Under the pieces are notes generated by a model. It worked only from the letters and a program-made list of their open reading frames with translations, did not search any database and was not told where the DNA came from. Position numbers and translations under genes: made by a program. Source: Setoptus koraiensis (lineage: Eukaryota > Animalia > Arthropoda). From it: 64,000 nt of DNA. Within the stretch, counting starts at the first letter, position 1, and each line of letters begins with the position of its first letter. Positions 11,221 to 23,700 of the stretch are shown piece by piece. The DNA is taken from the NCBI GenBank assembly GCA_048013815.1, contig CM106586.1:14198001-14262000 (forward strand), given 5' to 3'.

Positions 11221-13723
11221 TACCGGCTACTTATCGCCAATCGCCGATCGCCATCGCTGTGGGGCCGGCGCTTGTGTCGTCACTCGCGGATTCGTGCCAT
11301 TCAATCGGAACTCGCTCACATGTCCTTTGTTGGTCGGTATCTTCGGTGTGCCGGCCGCAGCAAGTTGCAGCGCCAATATCATGAGGCGCCCCATTACTGG
11401 GCCCACCGGGCGCTTATATAACCGCTATCGAGCGCTTATGTGACCGCTATTGTGCGCTACCAAGTGGCAACAATTTCAATTGATAAGTGGCCAATGTTTG
11501 TTTCTGTGTCGCCGCTCACCATGCTGCCCGGCCCCTGATGTGTGTGATGTGTGATGTGGAATGTGTCATCTCATGTGGGGCCCCCATCATCATCCCACGC
11601 ACAACGTGGCTGGCGGTCTTTGTTGACCAGTTCACTGTTTGTCGCTTGCCGGGTGTTGATGGGTGTCCAGTTCAAACACAACAACGGACAGCTTGCTGAT
11701 GGCTGAGTCGCCCAACAGAGGGCCAGAGATTCTGGCAAGACGCAAATCATTATCTCGCCAGTGTCATCAGCCATTATCCGAGGCGCCGAGGCGGAGTGCT
11801 GCGTGCGGCGTTGGCTAAAAAAGTCGACACGCGATATTATATTATCGCATGTATCTATCCTCTTGCAGTTTCGTCAGTCTGGTCGGTGGAGACGGCCGGT
11901 CAACGGCAAAATTCGGCCACAATGCCGGCCGGCTCTTCAACCAACCAACTTCACAGCTCTGCCACACGGCGGGCCAAACACATTAGAGTGGTTTTGCAGT
12001 GGTTATTTAGTGCGCCTACCGGATTCGGGCTAATCTTTTCGCCGAGACGATTCGGCCGGCCGATGGGCGCCGACAAAGAATTAGTCGACGGTCAGTAATA
12101 CGAGCTAATCCAAACTGCCCATGGGGCCTCATAGTTTGTCATTTGAGAGTGCCCATACGCCAGCCGAACCAGATAACCAGTTGACCACCGGCGGACAGTG
12201 TGCGAGAGGGGCACCTTAACGCGCACATCCGGTGCGCGGCTATAGCCGGCTCTCAAAAGTGGTGAGCCCAATCTGTAACTTGCTGCGTTGCTTGTGGCGC
12301 CGGATTGGGCGGACTGTGCGCGCGGTGCGGACGTCACCCAATCCGGTCACACAATCCCGGTTCGTGTGACCGGATTGGGCGGCCGCAAATTTGCCCGCGA
12401 GCTCACAGCAAACTCACGACAAATAGCTGGACAACTATTAGCTGGTAACGAGATGCCCGGCGTTGTGTGGCGCGATGGTCGGCCGGCCGGCCGGTAGTGG
12501 CAAGCGAGAAATTGGAGGCGATATTAATGACAGCAAAAAGAGGCTAACTCATTTAGTGCATTACCACTAATCACTGGGGCTCTTTGCTTTATCTTTCGTG
12601 CGAGTCTGTTGACTCGAAATAAGCCCGATGAATTGAATTGTTGGCCATTATTGCCGGCCAGCAACTACGGCCAGCAACTGCGGCAACTGCAACAGCAACA
12701 ACCGGGCAACAGCAACAACTTCGCCAACTGCAACAACGGCAACGCTGAGGGGACGCATTGCAGCAGATAACATACAATAATAATAATAATACTAGCAATA
12801 ATGTTAATATACACTGTATAATAATTGCAGCGCTATTGCAGGCCAAAGTTGCCATGGCAGCCACAGTGGGCCGGCCGGCCGCGAGCAAGCGACCGAAAAC
12901 AACAATGGGGCCCCAGCGGACCTATTGGAATTGTCGATCATTTGTCGCGGGCGTCCGCTCTCATTTGCTTGGTCCGATTCACCTATTCCGAGTGGGCTAC
13001 TCGCGATAGGCAACCGCGACAACAGTGCGACTTGTACTGGCCCCCTTTCCATGTTGCGCACGCTGTAAATAAGAGACAATTCGTCGCCTCAAAGAAAATA
13101 AACCAAATTCGGCGAGTTGCTTCGGCAACTGACCAATGCCCAGTGGCCCATTCAAAGCGCTTCAACCTGACACCAATTTTACACTCGAAGCCATGTATGT
13201 GCGCGTTGTTATTTGGCATTATATATTGCATTATGTGGGCACGAAAAGATTGAAAGAATTTTCACTCCATTGAAAGCACGTCGGGCTGTCCGTCGGTCTG
13301 TCTGCTTGCTACAGCCAGGTAACAAGAGGCGAGTGACCGCTGGCCGGACACGAACAAGCTCGCAACAAATTTCTGCTGCTTTTCTCCGCGAGCGACTCCA
13401 TTACAGGTGAGACAAGTGGCTCGAGGGCCCAAATTTATAAATTGTTATTTGGCACGTCACTGGGGGCGCCGTCACGACAATGGGCGCCACGTCCAGACTG
13501 CTGTCGCCGTTGCTGGTCGTTGTTGTTGGCTTGTTGTTGTCTGCCCGTTGGCTGGTCGTTGTTTGCTGGCCGGCTGACCGTTGCCTCGAGAGCTCCCCAG
13601 CCGGCGCAGTAATGGCCTAATAGGGGCTAGCTTTTTAATGGATAATGAGTATCAACGTGACACTTCATCTGATAAAATGTAATATAATGTACATAATGTA
13701 GATAATGTGGCTATAATAATAAC

Positions 13724-13761
<38 letters not shown>

Positions 13762-16328
13762 GGGGCCCCTCTCAGTGTGGTCGGCCAGCTGGAGAGGTTG
13801 CAAAAAGTAACATCTAGTCTAGTTAGATAAATGTGAGATAATTGCCGGCTCGTTCATTTGCTTTGTCCGGCCGGCCCCGTCGGGCTGCCCTTGGCGAGTC
13901 GCCTCTCGAGTTGCTTTGGCCTGCCTTATAAACCAAACCGAACCCAACCAATTAGATATCCAATTCAATATAATCGAACCGCCCCGCTATTATCGTCGCA
14001 AGCAACAGCCACGCCGACAACAACAGATTATTATTATCTACCTATTACATCTTTGGTCAGCGTGTATGGGTCGAGTGTATGCGCTGAGTGTATAGGCTGA
14101 CAAGAGGGCTCACATTTGGCATCGCATTATGTAGCGATAGCGGCAACCGGATGCTACACCTAGAGAGAGGGAATAATTGAATTCAAGCTGTGCCAAGCCG
14201 GCCCCATATAATAAGCCCATGTTGACGTTGTTGCTCGCCAGCCAATAATCTTCTTTGGTTGGTTTTCTTTCAGCCGTCTTGGCCGCCAGTCGTCCAGTGG
14301 ATCTAGATCGCAATCAACATCTTGTCTGGCTGTGTGTCGCCCGTCGCAGCGCCCCATCCGGCTGTCCGTACGGCTGTGCCATTTGGAAGTCACAAATGGC
14401 CAAACATAGTGATGAGACATAGAGATGTTGCATTTTTTGATCGCTCTCTCATCGACGAGCGCGCTCGGCATGTCGCTCGAATGTGAATGCGAGGGGAAAA
14501 ATTTGTTTTTAGGTAACATCTATCTAGCCATCTCTCGATTCGCAGCGTAACCGGATATTAAGCGAACACGATGATAGATAGATATCATCGGACGCGCTTG
14601 CCACACTCAAGTCAGATCTGGCCTCATGACCCCCGCTCATCGGTTGGCTCAGACAGACACCAGCAGCATACCAGAGCACGACCAAAAAGGCTGGCTAGTG
14701 CTGTGTTTAGCCAAATATATTTATCATGTAATATAAAGATATTTTGTTTTGACTTATGCGCGGGCACACAACACGAAAGAATGGCTGCGCTATCAACGAC
14801 TGCCAACCACGGACCACAGAGGACACCATGATGAGACGAGAAAGAGAAAAGGCTCGCTCGCTGTCGTTATTTATGATAGTTGTGGACACAAAACAGAAAT
14901 AGATAGATAGATCCATCGATCATCATCGGAGCCACAGCGAGCATCGGCAGGGGCCCATTCGCACTGCTACTTACCTATTCAATCCATTAGTGATGCGCAA
15001 ACATAATTTGTTGGTCGTTTGTGCAGTCAACGTTGGACGGATATTCTTGCTTCTTGTTCGCTCGTGCGAACGTTCGAACGCAAGAAATAAAGAAAAACAC
15101 AAACAAACAACTTTGTTCTCGAAAACAAAGTGAACACATAAATTCTTTTATTTTTGCGAACAAGTACATTTGTTTGAAGAACAACAACAATTTGCCAATT
15201 CGTCGTCCAACTTGATTTCTCGTTGTAGAAGGGTTTGCAAAAATCCACATTGAACGACGACGACGACGACGACGACGACTACAGAGCAGCCCATTTCTAC
15301 TAAAATCTAATTTAGCAACGCAAATACCCACACATTGCATGAATAAAATAGATAAAAGCCAGCGAGAATTGTGCATGTCGGAAAGCACGCGACTTGCAAG
15401 CTCACAACTCGTGAGTCACTAGTCATAGAGATACTGGCACTATAGGCCGATTGTAGCTGCCAACGAGCAGGAATTGTTTGGGGGCAAACTGAAAAAAGGT
15501 CACCCATCGTGCCTGTTACCCATTGGTGCCCATTGGTACCGATTGGTACCAACTGGCGCCAATTGGCCTCATTGTGACTTTTGTTGCGCCAGCCAATCTC
15601 GACAATCAGTCAGCGATTCATTCGTGACCCAACGGGCACAATGGCGGCGAGAGCAACAAAAGTAGCCCCCAAGCGTATTAACCATATGGCACAATTTGTG
15701 TTAATTATATCATCACTTGGCTGAGCCAATCAGTGATGTGAGGAAGAAAAAAAAACTGTGAAAATTTTCACGATTCACTGTTGCCTCAGAGGCAGTGGTG
15801 AATCTCTCGAGCTCACTGTATGTATGAGCTAGTGAGTTAGTCGCAATCGTCAGACGTCGCCAGTGAACGTGACTGAATCTGTTTGCCTACTACTTCAGTG
15901 AGCTGATTATTAATTGTAATGCTGCTGCTCATTCTAAATCTGTGACGTAATCTCGTTTAGGACGAGAGCAGCCGATTGCAATTTATCAGTTGCTGTTCAG
16001 CCATCATCGACGCTTATTAATTGAAGCTGGTAATGGAATGACAGACACACACAATTAATGAACACTAGTCAACAACCAACTACCAAACGGTAGAAGTTGG
16101 TTGTTGACCGGCTGGTTTGGCGTTTGCAAGCGTGTACGTGTGGCCACGTTTACTTGTGACACTTGACAACCCACGACAACCCATTACATAACACATGATG
16201 ATTATATTGGGCAACGGCAACAATCAGCAAGCAGAGTTAATGAATGCTGTCCTCACCCGCCCCCCCCCCCCATCCTAAACTCATATCCTCCCACACCCCC
16301 ACTCCAATCACTGACAGTCAGATTGCCG

Positions 16329-19300
16329 ATTTCAAAAAATTCTAATTACCTCTTCCTTTTTCCAATCTCCCCAAATTCCCTTACCTCCAAACTTTTCCAC
16401 TCTCTCAACTCTCTAACATCAATCTCCTCACCTCATCAATACCTCCTCAACTATATTCAACATTATCACTTACCTATCAACTCCTATATTCCTCTCTCTC
16501 TCTCATCTCTCTCTCACATCTCATCATTAACCCCAACCCATAATTTTCCCAACCCCACACACCTATCACAAACCATACCCTCCACCATATTCCATATATA
16601 TAATTCCCACCAAAATAATTTTCCTATCAAATAAACTACCTCCAACCACTCCATATAAAACCAAAAATAAATCTACAAAAATACAAAATCTTCCAAAATC
16701 ATCAATAATATTCCTCCCTTTCCATTTTCAATACCCAATATCCACCCAATTCCCCTCAACCTCATTTTTCCCAACACCACCAATATCTATAATAAATATA
16801 CATTATCCACCCTTCACCCTTCATACATAATCTCTTTCATATCCATCTTATCACCTATCCTCACTCATACCCTTCCACCCTCCTCCCCACCCAAATTTCC
16901 CTCACTCAAACCAATCCAACAAATAATAACTCATTTATTCAAATACCCCCCCCTCAATCTCATAATCATATAACTCAATATAATTCCACCTCCCCATCAC
17001 CTCCCTCTCAAGCAACAACCAAATATCAATCAATCACACTTTACCAAATAACTCTAAATCTCCCTTATTAATCCTCATTCAAATACTCAACATCTAATAC
17101 AAATACACACTCCCCCCCACATTACATTCCTCCTACCCACCCTCATCATACTTTAACTCATATATAATCTTTCACACATTCAACAATATACCTATATAAC
17201 ACCCAATCCAACACACCCTTCCAACAATTTTCACAATAATCAAATATTTCTCCTCATAAATCAATCATCCCTATATATCTTACCTACCCCCCCTCACTCT
17301 ACTAATCAAATTACCCCCCCCCCAATTCATTCACCCCCTATAACAAATACCCAAAATTATACAATTCCCCCCCCCCAAATTCCCACCTCTACTATCCCAT
17401 TTCCCATAATTTTATTACAATTTCCCCTACCAATAAACCTTCCTAATATACCCATAAAGTCAACCTACCTACCAACACACCAAAACACTACACTCTAACA
17501 TCCTCCTCTATAACCAACACACTCATCTCATCATTTTTTCATAACCACCTATACTTTATCATAACAATATAAATCTATTCTAATCCAATCCATCCCATCT
17601 AAAACTCTCCCCCATCTCAAAAAATCTTTTACAAATCCACACAACCATAACCCAAACATAAACAATAATAATATATCTCTCTCACATACACCACATATCC
17701 ATCATCCATCTCACCATCCATACAAATATACCCCACATCTCCATCCCAATCTCATTTCCCCTCCTCTTACTCTTTACTTCTATCAACCCACTCTCTACCA
17801 ATAACACAATCCTCTATAACTAATCACTCAACACAAAAACTCTCTCCTTCTTCTCTTACAACCATCCCCAAATCCCCCCTAATCCCCCCCCCATCATATA
17901 ATCTCCACCCCCCCCCATTTCCTCTCAAATTTCCCCCTAAATCTCTCTAATACTCTTATCCCTAAAAAATTTTTCCACCCTCCCCATAATATCCCCCAAA
18001 TATAACACACCAAAAAAACTCCCTACCCCTCATCCATCTCATCCCCCACACTCTAATCCACCCCCCCATCTTTCTCCCACCCTCCTCCATCATTTTCCCA
18101 TTCACTACCCCCTAAAAAACACCAATAAAACCCCCTTAACCCCAACCACCATCACATACCCTATTCCATAACCCTCATCATTAATCAAACAAAAATAATC
18201 ACCCCCAAAATTACACACCCCACCCACACCTCCCAACTCCACAACCCACTTCAAAATATACCACATCCCCCTAACTCTCTCATTCACCTTTCCACCTACT
18301 CTCAACCTATCTCTAACCAATTTCAAAAAACTATTCAATAATCTTTCCCCCCCCACCAACCTCCTTCACACCATCTCTAAAATTTAACCCACCTACCCAC
18401 AACCCCCCTCACTCATACAAACCACACATAATTACCCCCCAATAAAATCAAACTAATTTTTTCTTTTTAACTTTCAACATTTCCAACTCATTTCACTATA
18501 TTCCCTTACCTTCTCAAACCCCCCCCCTATTTATAATATTTAAACTATAACCCAACCCCCCCCCCCTCCCCCCTAACATATATCCATTTTCCCAATACAA
18601 TATCCCTCAATCATTCCTAAACCCTCATTTCCAACTTTAATACCTCCATTCCCCCATTTCTTACACAATTTTCTACCCCACCCCCCACACCCCCCCCCCC
18701 CCCCTCCCCCTCTCTTACTAATATTCCAACTTCACCCTCATATTCCCCCCCCTATCAACAATTACCTCTCATTTCCACAATCCATACCCAACATATCCAA
18801 TCCTCACATCATCTAGCATACATCTTAACTCTCATTTATCTCAATTCACTATTCAACTCACACCCACACACACACACAAACCCTCCTACCAATCCTCCTC
18901 TCTCACCACTCATTCCATCCTCACTTCATCAATTCTTATCCCACACTACAATACTCACCACCCACCCACTATCACACACACAATTTCCCATCCATTACTC
19001 ATTACTCCCAATATCCCACCACTTCACTCATCACAAACCCTCACCCTTCTCCACAACCTCCACTTCCCATCCTATACTTAGAATCCTAATCAATATAAAA
19101 AACTATCAAACACAACTAAATATAATAATACTAATCTACTTTCCTACAACCCACATCAATCATCCATAATCCTAATCACACCACACATATATACATACCA
19201 TTTAATACTATTTAATACCCTATACCCCTACCCCTATTCTACTCAATCACCTCACACACTTACCCCAACAACCTAATTACTATTATATCACTATAACAAC

Positions 19301-19994
19301 CAATATATATACATACAATCAACCCCTTCCAACCCAACCACTCTACTCATCATTCTCCCCATCCCATCACCAATCCCACATCATCAACTACCCCACCTCT
19401 CTAACTACCATACATTCTCATCTCTCTCAACCCCAACCACCACTCACCCAATCCTACACTTCTCAACACTACTAACCATTCTCTACATCCTCATCTCCAA
19501 CCCACCCACTCACAACCCACCATATCTCACTCTCTCAACCCTCAATCTCTATCCATCATCCCCAAAACCCTACAACCACACCACTCATCAATTCACCTCA
19601 CTCCTATCATCACACCAACAAATATCACATTAACACTCAATTTTTCACCAAATAATTCACACTCCTCAATATCTAATTTACTCCATCCACTCATCATCAA
19701 TACTCGCAATTATTCTCACTACTACACCCATCTTCACATTCTCATTACCTACTTACCCCATTCCCCATTTACCCCTTCTCATTTATCCCAAAAAACCTAA
19801 ATCCCCCAAACAAAACCATCACTATCCCTCAACCACTTCCACATATCCATAAAACACTCCAATTCACTATCACACTCTAATATCTCAATCCTACCTCTAT
19901 CAAACTTCACATCCCCACAACTCTCATTCAAAAACACACAAACAACTCCATATATTTACAATCCCTAATCACACAACTCAAAACTACTCCCATT
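16329..19994. other. G-depleted (A/C/T-only) non-repetitive tract, probable assembly or base-calling artefact
   Basis: Only about 5 G in about 3,670 nt (17012, 17459, 18816, 19081, 19706). Many C homopolymers, no tandem unit, and it abuts the N gap. Confidence 0.85.
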
Positions 19995-20494
19995 NNNNNN
20001 NNNNNNNNNNNNNNNNNNNNNNNNNNNNNNNNNNNNNNNNNNNNNNNNNNNNNNNNNNNNNNNNNNNNNNNNNNNNNNNNNNNNNNNNNNNNNNNNNNNN
20101 NNNNNNNNNNNNNNNNNNNNNNNNNNNNNNNNNNNNNNNNNNNNNNNNNNNNNNNNNNNNNNNNNNNNNNNNNNNNNNNNNNNNNNNNNNNNNNNNNNNN
20201 NNNNNNNNNNNNNNNNNNNNNNNNNNNNNNNNNNNNNNNNNNNNNNNNNNNNNNNNNNNNNNNNNNNNNNNNNNNNNNNNNNNNNNNNNNNNNNNNNNNN
20301 NNNNNNNNNNNNNNNNNNNNNNNNNNNNNNNNNNNNNNNNNNNNNNNNNNNNNNNNNNNNNNNNNNNNNNNNNNNNNNNNNNNNNNNNNNNNNNNNNNNN
20401 NNNNNNNNNNNNNNNNNNNNNNNNNNNNNNNNNNNNNNNNNNNNNNNNNNNNNNNNNNNNNNNNNNNNNNNNNNNNNNNNNNNNNNNNNNNNNN
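19995..20494. other. Assembly gap, 500 N
   Basis: A run of exactly 500 N. The round number suggests an arbitrary gap size. Confidence 0.99.
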
Positions 20495-20778
20495 TCCCAA
20501 ATATCACCCCTCCCCCCAAATTCCCCCCCCCAAATCATGCAATTATCTCATTTCACCTGTTTTAGCCACTTGCAAACTAGACTGCAAATGCACAATATCT
20601 GCAATTAACCATAATCAGCGAATAATCTCACTAATCAACGACTAATAGTCAACGACACCGTTTTAATCAACGACAATCAATCTAATGAGCAGCACATTTT
20701 GCATCAACGCATTCTTTCATTATTATCCTCATCATTGCTATCCTATCCGACACACACACACACATGAACATCGAACAG

Positions 20779-23700
20779 GAGCTAACCGTCACAGGGGACA
20801 ACTCTAGAAGGAACTATCGCGGAATATTTATATCAATAGTTGTATTAACACTTATATCATCCCTGATTATTGCCTCCATATTTTTGGCTAATCCGGACAT
20901 TTTGAAATTCTCAAAACTATTTCAAATAAAAGAGAAAATTCTATTAGAGGAGGCCATATTTGATTTGTTATCTCCAAAACATTGGACTCTACAATGGCTC
21001 GAGCCGCTGCCGCCAGCCGCGTCGGATGGCCCACGAGACCCAGACACAGAGGACACTCTATTGTTCATGGATCAGGACAAAGAGATAAGACTGTTGCAAT
21101 TGCCCAAACAATTTGAAACGACATCCAGAAATGTGCTGGCGACAAATAATAATTTGTTCTGCAATCAACAGCAAGCTCAAAACAGCACTGTTATATCGCT
21201 TGAGCCGATTATTTGTATCGAGCCTCGGCTCAACTTTTCCACTTTGGTTTCAAAATCAAGCCTGGTAAGTATAACTGCAAATTGATTTTGTTTCATGTCT
21301 ACAGTGTCGTTCTTGTTTACCCTTTAGCCCTTGTAGTTTGCTAACTGTTGGTCGTCATCATTATTATTACTGTTGCACTCATAAACTAAACACCATAAGC
21401 TTATGTCACAAGAATATTCTGACTACAAGCTGTCACCCTCGAGACGATTCATCTTGGCGTCAAGTGATAAAACTAGAATATATAGGTACACATTCATAGC
21501 GAACTTTCACATCTACGATATTGAACAAGACAGATTCGTACCATTTGGCTTCAAATTGAATGAAAACACCAATTATAACCAGCGTTCGTTTGATGCCGAA
21601 AACAAAAGACACAGCGCTGCTCCTGATTCAGCGCAGGGCAGATTTCAGTTTGTCAAATGGGTCAAAGTTCCAAACAAACCAGATCAAGATGCGCTGGTAA
21701 TTGTTCACAACAATGACATATATTTTAAGAGCTCAATTGAGTCCACAGAGGTTAGAATAACGAGAACAGGCGAGCCGGGCATCATTTATAACGGTATACC
21801 GGATTGGTTGTACGAGGAGGAGCTAATATCTCAAGACAATACCATATTTGTATCTCCATCTGGCCAAAGAATGGCCTATATGAGTTTCAACGATTCCGCT
21901 GTGGACACTATGAGAATACCCTTTTACGGTTCTGTCGAGGAACCCCTGCCACAACTACTATCCATCCGTTACCCAAAGGTAAAGTGAATATTATCCGACT
22001 GAAATCTTACCAATCAACTTTTGCTTCTGCAACTATCTGTGATTCAACTGACAACTCTCCCCACTAATCACTTCATCCTTTATTTTGTGATTCTATCAGG
22101 CCGGAAGGGTAAATCCAAGTGTTAGTGTCTACGTGGTCGATCTAGCCGGCGAAAGTCCAATATCCATACAATTGCAACTGCCCGAAGATCTTGAAAGAGA
22201 GTAAGTAAAGAGTACCAGTGACCAACTAGAAACGATCTGTTGGTGATATCAAAACGATTAACAACATGGTGTAATTTTATCAATTTTTATAGGCAACACT
22301 ACATCGGATCTATGACCTGGTTGAATGACCAAAACCTGACACTGACATGGATAAATCGTCACCAAAACACATCTTATCTATTAATATGTCAACAGACGGA
22401 TTCCTGGCAGTGTCGCAAGGTAAGTGTCAAGCTGGTCGTCAATTCTACTAACATTTTTCTTTTGAGCACGCATCTCATTTTCATAACTTGTTTGTGGCGA
22501 AATTTGCTAACGTTGACACACAACTCTGTTATAAGAACTTGCTCATCGAGGCCGAAAGCGGCTGGTTGGATATTGAGAAAGTGTTTCCCCTGGATGATCA
22601 ACACTATTTAGTCACGTTGTACAAGTACGAATCGGACCATTTGGGATATTTTAAACACGTAGCTAAAGTATCGCTGGAAACGGGCAAATATTCCTTTGTT
22701 ACCGCTGGTCAACGAGAAGTTATCGCAATATCCAGCGTTGACCCGATCAAACGCAGAATGTAAGTCATTAAATGTTATTATCTCGCGTTAAATTTATTCA
22801 CGCAAAAATGATTGTTTGTTGCTCATTAAGCTATATATGCTCGTCACGTTTGATCTCATTTCATTACACACACAATAACACGTCAGATACTATGTATCGA
22901 CTCAGGCATTCAAGCCCGACGTTAGGCATCTATACTGGACCAATATCGACGACAATGAAAATTCAGGACTCAATGGGGACACAGACAATTGTGTTACTTG
23001 CAGTTTGTACGAGGAATGCCAATTCAATGATATAAGATTTAGCGCCACAAACAGGTTCTACATTTTTGGTTGTCTAGGGCCCGGAGTGCCCAGGTTACAA
23101 TTGAGATCAATTGATGAAGTGGCATACGTACAGCAGCAGAATTCGTTCGAGCAGCTATCTTCAACTTCAGCCAGTGTCTCACTTGAACCTAGTAATCAAT
23201 TCCAATCGAATGTAGATAGTCCATCCGACGCATTTGTTGCGCAATCGCCAAACAATGATGCAAATGCCAGTAAAGTGTCACCACCCAAAGAGTTACGGCC
23301 AACAGATAAAACGTTAGTATGGAGCATTGAGGAAAATATTGAACTGCAAGAGAAACTCAAATTAAAAGCCCTGCCACAGTTGAAACGCTTTTTTGTGCCA
23401 GTGGGACATAATGGCCAATACAATGCTAGCGTCATGATGTTATTGCCACCTAAAATCAAAGATGATGACGAACAAAACACTCAGTACCCAATGGTGGTGA
23501 GTGTATACGCGGGCCCCGGCTCGCAGCATGTCGATCAGCGATTTGATCTGGGATATGGCTACTATTTGGCCTCCAACAAGAACATAATCTACACAGCGAT
23601 AGACGCAAGAGGTACCGGCTATCAGGGATCTAATATGCTCTTTGAGTTGTATCATAAATTTGGTTCGGTGGAAATAGAGGATCAGATCTCTGTCACAAGG

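Noticed and set aside
6900-16200. Dozens of 60-190 aa ORFs in the 7-16, 40-49 and 52-64 kb regions
   Set aside because: They mostly start at GTG/TTG, run through microsatellites (polyC/V/Q/T), overlap each other on both strands and show no recognisable domain.
16323-18359. ORFs inside the G-less tract (16323-16634, 18105-18359)
   Set aside because: By-products of the skewed three-letter composition, which removes most stop codons; no homology or start context.
19928-20538. Three 184-190 aa ORFs in the track
   Set aside because: They are translations of the N gap.
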